From: Eubacteriales bacterium
Lineage (GTDB): Bacteria; Bacillota; Clostridia; Oscillospirales; CAG-272
Assembly (NCBI GenBank): GCA_045543555.1
Contig: JAZQMQ010000016.1
Coordinates: 146,852-210,851, forward strand
Direction of reading: 5' to 3'
DNA length: 64,000 bases
The first letter of the stretch is position 1, and each line of letters starts with the position of its first letter. Made by a program: the position numbers and the translations under genes. The notes under the pieces were generated by a model, which saw only the letters and a program-made list of their open reading frames with translations, was not told where the DNA came from and made no database searches. Shown in pieces: positions 17,038 to 25,198 of the stretch.

Positions 17038-18621
17038 GTGAACGATAAAAATGAAGTTTTGCTTACACTCCGTTCCCCCGAAAAAAAGGATTGGCCGAAT
17101 ATGTGGGAAAACACCGCAGGTTCGGTTTTGGCAGGTGAAACTTCCCTTGAAGGTGCATTAAGAGTGCTTTCTGAGGAAACCGGAATAACGGTGTTGCCGG
17201 AAGAATTCACCTTGATAGCAACGGAGAGGACACGTAATGCCTTCGGTGATTGCTATATGGTACGGAAAAATATTCCCATTGAAGATATAGTGCTTCAAAA
17301 GGGAGAAACATGTGGTGCAAGGTGGGTCGATTTTGAAACCCTTGACAAAATGATCGCGGATGATCTTGTTGCGCCGCTCGTAGCGTCGAGACTTGCAAAA
17401 ATAAGAAACAAATTTGAACAGTTAATTTTTGGTAATAAAGGTAAAAACGGAATGAGAAAGCTACCCTTCGGAAGAGCAGATATTCTGCTTCCAAAAAAAG
17501 ATTTTGACAAGTGGGCTGTGGTTGCTTGCGACCAATATACCTCTCAGCCTGAATACTGGGTAAAAGCGGCGGAAATTACCGACGGTTATCCCTCTACCCT
17601 CAATATAACTCTCCCGGAGGTGTATCTTGAGGACGAAAACGTAAACGAGAGACTTGAAAACATCAATAAAACTATGAGCGAATACGTTGAAAACGGCACC
17701 TTCAACGAGTATAAGGATGCTATGATATTCGTCGAGCGTACCCTTGATAATGGGAAAGTAAGACGCGGCATCGTCGGTGCGATCGACCTTGAGGCGTACG
17801 ACTACAACGTCGGCTCAACATCTGCGGTAAGAGCTACCGAGGGAACCGTGCTTTCACGTATTCCTCCGAGAGTCAAGATAAGAAAGAATGCTCCGCTTGA
17901 GCTTCCTCATATAATGATCTTAATCGACGACCCCGAAAATAAGGTTATTCCCACAGAAATTAGCGGTGAGGTCCTCTATGATTGCTCACTTATGCTTAAG
18001 GGCGGACATATAAGAGGCTCTCTTATGAGTGACGAGGCTGTTGATAATGCCATAAAGTGCCTGGAAAAGCAATGGAGCAAGAGCGAGCTTCTGTTTGCAA
18101 TGGGTGACGGTAACCATTCTTTAGCGACCGCAAAGGCGTGCTATGAGGCAGACAAGTCAAACCCACTTGCACGTTATGCCCTTTGCGAGATCGTTAATAT
18201 TCACGATGCCGCACTTGATTTTGAGCCGATATACAGGGTTGTTTTCGGAGTTGACCCACAAAATATGATTGCCCAGGCTAAAGCTCATTTTGAAGGTTGC
18301 TCCGAGCATGGCGTGAAGTGCGTGTGCGGCGAAAAATCCGACGAATTTACGGTTGACGGTCTTACCGCCGGTGTTCTGCAGAACTTTATCGATGAATACG
18401 TTTCTTCTCACAGCGGAGCGTCGGTCGATTATATACACGGTGAGGATGCGGTAAGCGAGCTTACAAAGAGGAATGATGCCGTGGGCTTCATCTTCGACGG
18501 AATTGCAAAATCCGAGCTTTTCCCGTACGTAGAAAAGAATGGAGCGCTCCCCAGAAAAACGTTCTCGATGGGCGAAGCATACGATAAGCGCTACTATATG
18601 GAGTGCAGGAAAATCAAATAA
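17038..18621 (+). CDS. Nudix hydrolase domain fused in frame to a DUF1015-family domain
   Basis: The Nudix box is GSVLAGETSLEGALRVLSEETGI. From about residue 139 (MRKLPFGRADILLPKKDFDKWAVVACDQYTSQPEYW...) the sequence is typical DUF1015. No stop separates the two domains. An internal ATG at 17452 could start DUF1015 independently. Confidence 0.75.
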   Translation: MNDKNEVLLTLRSPEKKDWPNMWENTAGSVLAGETSLEGALRVLSEETGITVLPEEFTLIATERTRNAFGDCYMVRKNIPIEDIVLQKGETCGARWVDFETLDKMIADDLVAPLVASRLAKIRNKFEQLIFGNKGKNGMRKLPFGRADILLPKKDFDKWAVVACDQYTSQPEYWVKAAEITDGYPSTLNITLPEVYLEDENVNERLENINKTMSEYVENGTFNEYKDAMIFVERTLDNGKVRRGIVGAIDLEAYDYNVGSTSAVRATEGTVLSRIPPRVKIRKNAPLELPHIMILIDDPENKVIPTEISGEVLYDCSLMLKGGHIRGSLMSDEAVDNAIKCLEKQWSKSELLFAMGDGNHSLATAKACYEADKSNPLARYALCEIVNIHDAALDFEPIYRVVFGVDPQNMIAQAKAHFEGCSEHGVKCVCGEKSDEFTVDGLTAGVLQNFIDEYVSSHSGASVDYIHGEDAVSELTKRNDAVGFIFDGIAKSELFPYVEKNGALPRKTFSMGEAYDKRYYMECRKIK

Positions 18622-18647
18622 TAAGTTTACATTTTGGAGGAAAGACA

Positions 18648-19544
18648 ATGTTTTGTTCTAATTGCGGAAATCAAGTAAGTGACAATGCGAAATTCTGTAA
18701 CGCATGCGGTGCACCATTACAGGCTGCGCCCGCACCTGTAGCTGCTAAACCTGCCATTGAGGTAGATGAATTCGGAGTACCTGTTGCGCCCAAAGCAGCC
18801 GCAATTAAGACTGCGGTCGAGGTAGATGAATTCGGTGTGCCGGTGACTCCAAAGAAGGTAGCTAAGCCTGCGGTCGAGGTAGATGAATTCGGTGTGCCCG
18901 TAAGCCCCAAGACTGTTGCTCCCAAGAGTGTTGTTGAGGTTGACGAGTTCGGAGTACCTGTTGCTGCCAATGAGGTGCCCGCCGCAGAAGCTAACGCCGC
19001 TCCTGTTGTAGATGAGTTTGGTGTTCCTGTGAATTCCGGAGCAAATGCAACTGTTCGCACCGCAAAACCGGTGAACAAAAAGCTTCTGATCGGAATTGGC
19101 ATAGCTGTTATTGCGGCTATTTTGGTTGTTGTTCTCATTATTTTGCTCGGCGGATCCGGTGGAAAGAGCTCAAAGATGGCTCTTATCGAAGCATCGCTTG
19201 ACGCTATGTGTGATGATCCTGGTGACATTATGGATTACATGCCTTCTAAGGTAATAGACCATTTTGGAGAAGGAATGTCGAGATCCGAAATGAAAGATGA
19301 ACTTCGCGATAACTTTAGCGAGTATGTGGGTTGTACCGTAAAGAGCTGTAAAATCGAAAATGAGATGAGCGAAGAGTTAATGGTCAGTCAAATTAACAAG
19401 ATGCTTGGCTCAAATTTCGATGAATACTGCATAGCGTACTGCACGGTTGTTTTTGAATGTGACGGAGACACTGAAGAGGTAGAATTCACCTTCCATATGG
19501 TCAGGGAAGGCGGAAAATGGTACCTTATGTATTTTGAAGAATAA
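18648..19544 (+). CDS. Zinc-ribbon N-terminus, five (V)EVDEFGVPV repeats, a TM helix and a C-terminal globular domain; function unknown
   Basis: GGAGG SD plus ATG 18648 (MFCSNCGNQVSDNAKFCNACGA). TM helix is LLIGIGIAVIAAILVVVLIILL. The C-terminal domain ends ...VREGGKWYLMYFEE. Confidence 0.85.
   Translation: MFCSNCGNQVSDNAKFCNACGAPLQAAPAPVAAKPAIEVDEFGVPVAPKAAAIKTAVEVDEFGVPVTPKKVAKPAVEVDEFGVPVSPKTVAPKSVVEVDEFGVPVAANEVPAAEANAAPVVDEFGVPVNSGANATVRTAKPVNKKLLIGIGIAVIAAILVVVLIILLGGSGGKSSKMALIEASLDAMCDDPGDIMDYMPSKVIDHFGEGMSRSEMKDELRDNFSEYVGCTVKSCKIENEMSEELMVSQINKMLGSNFDEYCIAYCTVVFECDGDTEEVEFTFHMVREGGKWYLMYFEE
18759..19031. repeat. Imperfect 57-72-bp tandem repeats, coding
   Basis: Five copies of GAGGTAGATGAATTCGGTGTGCC-like cores encode the EVDEFGVPV motif, separated by A/P/K-rich spacers. 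Confidence 0.85.
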
Positions 19545-19562
19545 CGAAAATTAATAATTAAT

Positions 19563-19606
19563 AAACGCCTTGAGCTGATTTGAAGCTCAAGGCGTTTGAT
19601 TTTCTT
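19563..19606 (+). terminator. Rho-independent terminator
   Basis: 14-bp stem AAACGCCTTGAGCT / AGCTCAAGGCGTTT, then GATTTTCTT. Confidence 0.8.
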
Positions 19607-19751
19607 GAATTTACGGATAGTATAGACAAAACAGAGGATGTGTGTTATAATCAAAATAACATTTTAAAATTTTCGTAAAAGAAGGAAAAATGATGAAACG
19701 CTTACGATTATCGAAAGCAGGACTGTCATTCCCGATTATGCGTTTGCTCTG

Positions 19752-20150
19752 ATGGAGGTAAAGGAAATAGTGCTTCACGATAAGATCACAAAAATCGGGA
19801 ACGGGGCGTTTGCTAACATATGGGACGACGTTGACATTCACCTGCCTCAAGAGGAAAGGGAACACCTTACGTTAATTCTCCCCGATTTTCTTAAGGAGAT
19901 CGGTGATTTTGCGTTTGGTTTTTCGGGACTCGGCGCAGTCGTGGTATCCGACAGCGTAGAAAAGGTCGGAGAATATGCCTTTGAAAACCTTATGGGATAT
20001 AATGGCGGCGTATTCTGCGAGAGTGCGTCAAAGCCTGATGGCTGGCACAAATATTGGTGCGGTTTCTTTATGGATAATGCTCAGGTGTACCGGAAGGGAA
20101 GCTGGGAATACGTAAACGGTAAGCCCGTGGCAGAAACAACACCGGAATAA
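19752..20150 (+). CDS. Small BspA-type leucine-rich-repeat (LRR_5-like) protein, possibly a 5'-damaged remnant
   Basis: Motifs EIVLHDKITKIGNGAF, LKEIGDFAF, VEKVGEYAF, and a C-terminal SKPDGWHKYW tail. The LRR-like sequence (TIIESRTVIPDYAFAL) continues upstream of the ATG in the same frame without a start codon. The SD-linked ATG at 19690 is in a different frame. Confidence 0.6.
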   Translation: MEVKEIVLHDKITKIGNGAFANIWDDVDIHLPQEEREHLTLILPDFLKEIGDFAFGFSGLGAVVVSDSVEKVGEYAFENLMGYNGGVFCESASKPDGWHKYWCGFFMDNAQVYRKGSWEYVNGKPVAETTPE

Positions 20151-20163
20151 TACAACTAAATTG

Positions 20164-20200
20164 AAAAAGACAGAGAATTTTTACGTTCTCTGTCTTTTTT
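20164..20200. terminator. Bidirectional terminator
   Basis: Stem AAAAAGACAGAGAA / TTCTCTGTCTTTTT between the convergent LRR and TspO genes. Confidence 0.75.
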
Positions 20201-20667
20201 CAGTTGAGCAGATATATTGCCAGATTCAGATACGCCGCAAACGTTACCCACAGAATGTAGGGAATCATAATGTATCCGGCAGCTTTGTTTATGCCGAAGA
20301 ACAGCACGGCGGTTATTATGATCAGTACCCACAGTATTATAAGCCAGATGAATGCGAAGAGATAGGCTTCAAAATTGAAGAATATGATCGACCAAAAGAA
20401 ATTGAAGAAGAGCTGAACTCCGTATACGGTAAGAGCGGTCTTTGCCCTTGCGGGCTTGTCGGACACTAAGACGAGATATGAGGAGATCCCCATAAGCACG
20501 TACAGTATCGACCATACTAAAGGAAACAGCCAGGCGGGCGGGGAAAGCGGCGGTTGATTTAAGCTTCCGAAACTTTGCATCGCGTCCATTGAGATCAGCG
20601 CGGAAACGCCTCCCACGGCAAGGGGTAACGCTATTGATTTTAACAGTTTATCCCATTGAATCTTCAT
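20200..20667 (-). CDS. tspO: TspO/MBR family (tryptophan-rich sensory protein)
   Basis: 155 aa with five TM helices. Sequence LNQPPLSPPAWLFPLVWSILYVLMGISSY...LFFNFFWSIIFF is typical of TspO. Confidence 0.88.
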   Translation of the reverse strand: MKIQWDKLLKSIALPLAVGGVSALISMDAMQSFGSLNQPPLSPPAWLFPLVWSILYVLMGISSYLVLVSDKPARAKTALTVYGVQLFFNFFWSIIFFNFEAYLFAFIWLIILWVLIIITAVLFFGINKAAGYIMIPYILWVTFAAYLNLAIYLLN

Positions 20668-20672
20668 AAAAA

Positions 20673-20705
20673 CACCTCCGCGTTATGATATGCGGAGGTG
20701 ATAAA
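20673..20705 (-). terminator. Terminator of the hydrolase gene; its 3' arm contains the TspO Shine-Dalgarno
   Basis: Stem CACCTCCGC / GCGGAGGTG (20673-20681 / 20692-20700). On the minus strand it is followed by TTTTT and then the TspO ATG (20665-20667). Confidence 0.7.
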
Positions 20706-20717
20706 ATATATTCATAT

Positions 20718-21665
20718 TCATTTATTGTCTTTATTCTCGTCAACGACCGAAAGAAGAAATTCCTCACAAGCCTTTGAGCAGCCTTCCTCGTCGATTATGT
20801 AGCTTAAACCGTGCTTTGCACCGGGAACAATGAATATTCTGCTGTACTCGGGGCGTGCATTGTATGCGGCAAGTGACATTTCGTGAGGAACGAAATCATC
20901 GTCCTGGCCGTGAATATAGAATATAGGGAGGGTGGTTTTCTTAACGGATTCAACGGTTGAGCATTCTGTGAGCGAAAAGCCTGCCCAGAATTTAACTGCC
21001 GGGATCATAAGGTAGAGAAGCGGGAATTTGGGAATATGCATATCCTTTTTTGCAACGTGGGCGACGATATCGAAGGGGGATGAAAATCCGCAGTCCGCCA
21101 TGATACCGACGACGTTTTTTGGAATATCCGGCTCGGATGCCGCCATCAGAACGGTGGTTGCGCCCATTGAAAGACCGTCTAAAACAATTTTTATGTCATC
21201 ACCGAAGATTTTTATCAGGTGATGAGCCCAACTTATGCAGTCTCTTTTTTCCTTGACACCAAAAGTTATCCATTTACCCTCACTTTTTCCGTGACATCTC
21301 TGATTTACAATAAGTACATTGTATCCTAGAGACAGAAACTGTCCCAGCGCACACATGAAATCCTCGGGAGACGAACGATATCCGTGCATACAGATCAGGT
21401 ATCTGCCCATATCCTTTTCCGTGCGGTAAAATTGTCCCACAAGCTTGAGCCCGTCAAATGATGTTATTTCCATCTCCTCATAAGGTGTATTTCTCATTTT
21501 ATTTCTGCCGTCCTCGATCTTTTTCAGCAGATCCGGACGGTCGCGGAGAACGTGCTCGATGCTGTAGACACCTCCGCCCATTGAAAAATTGGTTTTTGTG
21601 AAATAATACAGTACGGCGATGATGATTAATACAATAATTATAACGCCAATAATGATGTAAGGCAA
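20718..21665 (-). CDS. Alpha/beta-fold hydrolase with an N-terminal membrane anchor
   Basis: Nucleophile elbow GLSMGAT, plus HG..S and a C-terminal GAKH-type motif. N-terminal TM is IIIGVIIIVLIIIAVLYYF. TTG start preceded by GGAAGGG. Confidence 0.85.
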   Translation of the reverse strand: MPYIIIGVIIIVLIIIAVLYYFTKTNFSMGGGVYSIEHVLRDRPDLLKKIEDGRNKMRNTPYEEMEITSFDGLKLVGQFYRTEKDMGRYLICMHGYRSSPEDFMCALGQFLSLGYNVLIVNQRCHGKSEGKWITFGVKEKRDCISWAHHLIKIFGDDIKIVLDGLSMGATTVLMAASEPDIPKNVVGIMADCGFSSPFDIVAHVAKKDMHIPKFPLLYLMIPAVKFWAGFSLTECSTVESVKKTTLPIFYIHGQDDDFVPHEMSLAAYNARPEYSRIFIVPGAKHGLSYIIDEEGCSKACEEFLLSVVDENKDNK

Positions 21666-21775
21666 ACTTTACCCTTCCTTCTTTTTGTAGCTACTTTGCA
21701 TTCTATCACAAACAGAGCCTTTTTTCAACAGAAAAAATATTTTTTTGAATTTTTAAAAGTTTTTTTGAAAAACTA

Positions 21776-21804
21776 TTGCATTATCGAAAAGCTTGTGTTA
21801 TAAT
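21776..21804 (+). promoter_or_regulatory. Promoter of rpmE
   Basis: TTGCAT (21776-21781), 17-bp spacer, TGT-TATAAT (21799-21804). Confidence 0.55.
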
Positions 21805-21844
21805 TATTCGTACTGTAAATATTTTATTGATAAGAGGTGCCATA

Positions 21845-22051
21845 ATGAAAGCAGGAATACATCCCGAATACAAGGAAGTCACTGTAAAGTGCGCTTGCGG
21901 TGAAGAATTCGTGACCCGCTCCACTAAGGACAGCATCCGCGTCGAAATTTGCTCGAAGTGCCATCCGTACTTCACAGGTAAGCAGAAGTTCGTAGACGCA
22001 GGCGGACGTGTTGATAAGTTCAAGAGACGTCTTCAGGCTGCAGGAAAGTAA
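21845..22051 (+). CDS. rpmE: 50S ribosomal protein L31 (Zn-ribbon, type A)
   Basis: [22 protein letters not shown]...[15 protein letters not shown] is AGAGGTG. The track's longer ORF from 21776 begins inside the promoter. Confidence 0.95.
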   Translation: MKAGIHPEYKEVTVKCACGEEFVTRSTKDSIRVEICSKCHPYFTGKQKFVDAGGRVDKFKRRLQAAGK

Positions 22052-22107
22052 TAAGGGAACGAACACGCCGTCTTCCGCTCGTTTATGCGGTTAACGGTGT
22101 AGAGAAG

Positions 22108-22141
22108 GGAGACAGAGCCGCACGTTCTGTCTCCTTTTTTG
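22108..22141 (+). terminator. Rho-independent terminator of rpmE
   Basis: Stem GGAGACAGA / TCTGTCTCC followed by T6. Confidence 0.8.
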
Positions 22142-22167
22142 TACAAATCTAAAAGGAGTTGATACTT

Positions 22168-23469
22168 TTGGAAATCAACGAAAAAATAGATATAGAAAAA
22201 GCTGCCATCGTATCTGTTATAACATACGACAATCCCGCGGACGAGTGTGAAGCTTCGCTTGATGAGCTTGAGAGATTGCTTGATACTGCCGGCGGTAAGG
22301 TCGTTATACGAATGGTACAGAACAAAGAGAATCCCGATGTTCGCACCTATCTGGGAAGCGGAAAAATGAAGGAGCTTGCAGATCTTTGCCGCAGCGAAGA
22401 GGCTACTCTTGTTGTTTGTGACACCGAGCTTTCACCTTCCCAAATAAGAAACATGGAAGAGGCGCTTGAAGGAAGCGAGGGAGATAAGGAAAAGCCTATA
22501 AGGGTCATTGACAGATCAATGCTTATTCTTGATATTTTTGCTCTCCACGCAACGAGCGCAGAGGGTAAGCTTCAGGTCGAGCTTGCCCAGCTTAAATATA
22601 CAGTCCCGCGTCTTATCGGTCAGGGACTTGCTCTTTCCCGTCAGGGAGGAAGCGGAAGTATAGCCGCAAGAGGACCGGGTGAAACGAAGCTTGAAAGCGA
22701 TAAACGCCATATAAAAAGACGCATGCAGGCACTTAGCGAGGAGCTTGAGGCTCTGGAGCAGAGAAGGGCGACCCAACGAAAGCAGAGGGATCGCTCGGGA
22801 ATCTGCAAGGTTGCCATCGTTGGCTATACAAACGCGGGAAAATCCACGCTTCTAAACCGCCTGACCGATGCGGGAATACTTGCCGAGGACAAGCTTTTTG
22901 CAACTCTGGACCCTACGACGAGAAAATTTGCACTTCCCGATGGAACCGAAATACTCCTTGTTGACACAGTTGGATTTATAAGAAATCTTCCTCACCATTT
23001 GATAAAGGCGTTCCGTTCAACGTTGGATGAGGCGGCTTATTCAGACATAGTAGTTATGATGACCGATGCTTCGGATAAAGAAAATCAGGCACAGTTGGCT
23101 GTAACAGAGGGACTTTTAAGCGAGCTGAAGGCATCGGATAAGCCCACACTCTGCGTTTTTAACAAGTGTGATAAGGAGGGCGATGAGATACCGCTTCCGC
23201 CAAAGAGTGTGCCGAGAGAGAACGTGTTCTATGTTTCTGCTAAAACAGGTCAGGGTATTGATGCCCTTATTTCAAGACTCGCTGAAATAGTGAATGAAAG
23301 CACATCGCGACTTGTGTTTGAGATACCGATGTCAAGACAGGACGAGGTTGCAAAGCTCTACCGTCTTGCGAAGGTCGAGGAAGTAAGCTATGAGGGAGAA
23401 AACACAATAGTAACTGCCGTCTGTGATGCAAGAGCAAAGGGGACCTTTGAAAAATGGCTGAAGAAATGA
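22168..23469 (+). CDS. hflX: GTPase HflX
   Basis: HflX N-terminal domain, coiled linker, G domain VAIVGYTNAGKSTLLNRLT...DTVGFI...NKCD. I prefer the TTG at 22168 (9 nt after AAGGAG); the track start at 22159 abuts the SD. Confidence 0.9.
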   Translation: MEINEKIDIEKAAIVSVITYDNPADECEASLDELERLLDTAGGKVVIRMVQNKENPDVRTYLGSGKMKELADLCRSEEATLVVCDTELSPSQIRNMEEALEGSEGDKEKPIRVIDRSMLILDIFALHATSAEGKLQVELAQLKYTVPRLIGQGLALSRQGGSGSIAARGPGETKLESDKRHIKRRMQALSEELEALEQRRATQRKQRDRSGICKVAIVGYTNAGKSTLLNRLTDAGILAEDKLFATLDPTTRKFALPDGTEILLVDTVGFIRNLPHHLIKAFRSTLDEAAYSDIVVMMTDASDKENQAQLAVTEGLLSELKASDKPTLCVFNKCDKEGDEIPLPPKSVPRENVFYVSAKTGQGIDALISRLAEIVNESTSRLVFEIPMSRQDEVAKLYRLAKVEEVSYEGENTIVTAVCDARAKGTFEKWLKK

Positions 23470-24080
23470 AAAGAGTGACCCTGCTTAAAAGCGGGACAGC
23501 GACTCTTGTTGAAAAAAAGTCTGAATTTATAGGCTACGCCTGCCCCGTAATGAGCGAGGAAGAAGCTATAGATTTCGTCAAGAGCATAAAAAAGAAGCAC
23601 GCTGATGCCCGTCACAACGTGTATGCGTACATGATCGGTCAGAACATCGCGCGCTATTCCGATGACGGTGAACCACAGGGAACTGCGGGTATTCCGGTCC
23701 TTGACGTTATAAGAAAAAGCGGCTTTACCGATGCGGTTATAGTAGTAACGAGGTATTTCGGTGGCATATTGCTTGGCGCGGGAGGGCTTGTAAGGGCATA
23801 TTCCGCGGCAGCTAAAATGGCTGTGGATAATGCGGAAATTGTAACTTATAATTCTTATACGGTATTCGATCTAAAGGTGAACTACACCGATTACGGTAAG
23901 CTTACCGTTCTTCTTGCAAATTACGATCCGATAAACGACGGAATCGATTTTGCAGAGAGAGTGACCCTGTCTTTAGCGCTTCCTGCGGATAAGTATGAAG
24001 CGTTCACGGAAGAAGGAATGGAGATTACAGCCGGGAGAGCGGAGATCGTTCATAAAGGAACCCGATTTGACAAACAATAA
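23454..24080 (+). CDS. yigZ: YigZ/IMPACT-family protein (UPF0029)
   Basis: Motifs VEKKSEFIGYA, ARHNVYAY, DDGEPQGTAG.P and VVVTRYFGGILLGAGGL. Overlaps the hflX 3' end by 16 nt. Confidence 0.85.
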   Translation: MAEEMKRVTLLKSGTATLVEKKSEFIGYACPVMSEEEAIDFVKSIKKKHADARHNVYAYMIGQNIARYSDDGEPQGTAGIPVLDVIRKSGFTDAVIVVTRYFGGILLGAGGLVRAYSAAAKMAVDNAEIVTYNSYTVFDLKVNYTDYGKLTVLLANYDPINDGIDFAERVTLSLALPADKYEAFTEEGMEITAGRAEIVHKGTRFDKQ

Positions 24081-24187
24081 CAAAAAAGGGAACGCCGTCG
24101 GCGTTCCCTATAAAAAGACTTAAAAAAAGAGGACTTTTTTAAAAATCTGCGTATATTAATAGTATAATAACTATTTAGGAGTGCTAT

Positions 24188-25174
24188 ATGACAGTATCCG
24201 AATTGATCTATGAGCGCGAAAAACAGAGCCTTTCTCCCTTTGCATGCTTAACCGAAAACAGCAGGGGCAGGGAGGAGCCGATCAATAAGTGCGAATTAAG
24301 AGGTGAATTTCAGCGCGACCGCGACAGAATAATACATTCCAAGGCATTCAGACGCTTGATGCATAAAACGCAGGTATTTCTGTCTCCCGAGGCTGATCAC
24401 TACCGCACGCGTTTAACACATACTTTGGAAGTGTCGCAGGTCGCAAGAACCATAGCAAGAGCTCTGCGATTGAATGAGGATCTGTGCGAGGCGATCGCTT
24501 TGGGGCACGATTTGGGACACACACCCTTCGGCCATGCGGGTGAAAGAGTGTTAAGACGTTGCTACGATCCTTCCTTTGCACACTATGATCAGAGCATCAG
24601 AGTTGCAGAAAAGCTCGAAAGACTGAATCTCACTTGGGAGGTCCGCGACGGTATAAAGCATCACACAAAGGGCGGAGCATCAACCCTTGAGGGACAGATA
24701 ATCCTCGAAGCTGACCACATAGCGTACATCAATCACGATATAGATGATGCTGTTCGCGCGGGGATACTTTGCTACGATGATCTCCCCAAAAGCCTGATGT
24801 ACGGTCTGGGTGTTTCTCACGGAGAGCGTATCGACAGAATGGTCAGAAGTATCATCAAGGCAAGTGAGGGACGACCTGTTATAGAAATGGAGCCGCATAT
24901 CAGAAAAATGACGGACGAGCTTCACGCATTTCTTTTCGAGAACGTCTACTATAATCCCGTTGCCAAGGGCGAGGAGGGTAAGGCAGAGGAGATGCTTGAA
25001 AGACTCTACGACTATTTCTACAAAAATCCCGATCGTCTTCCCGCGGAGCACAAGAAAACCGTTGAGGAAGAAGGCGTTGGACGTGCGGTCTGCGATTACA
25101 TTGCGTGTATGACCGACCGTTACGCAGTTAATCTGTATAAAAAGCTGTTTATTCCGGACCCCTGGAGGGGATGA
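24188..25174 (+). CDS. dgt: dGTPase-like HD-domain triphosphohydrolase
   Basis: Motifs FQRDRDRIIHS.AFRRL..KTQV, RLTHTLEV and HDLGHTPFGHAGE. First gene of a dgt-dnaG-rpoD string. Confidence 0.88.
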   Translation: MTVSELIYEREKQSLSPFACLTENSRGREEPINKCELRGEFQRDRDRIIHSKAFRRLMHKTQVFLSPEADHYRTRLTHTLEVSQVARTIARALRLNEDLCEAIALGHDLGHTPFGHAGERVLRRCYDPSFAHYDQSIRVAEKLERLNLTWEVRDGIKHHTKGGASTLEGQIILEADHIAYINHDIDDAVRAGILCYDDLPKSLMYGLGVSHGERIDRMVRSIIKASEGRPVIEMEPHIRKMTDELHAFLFENVYYNPVAKGEEGKAEEMLERLYDYFYKNPDRLPAEHKKTVEEEGVGRAVCDYIACMTDRYAVNLYKKLFIPDPWRG

Positions 25175-25198
25175 TATAAAATTGAAGGGAGGGAAAAT

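Noticed and set aside
20161-20469. The 102-aa plus-strand ORF overlapping TspO.
   Set aside because: It starts inside the bidirectional terminator and is antisense to a well-supported TspO gene.
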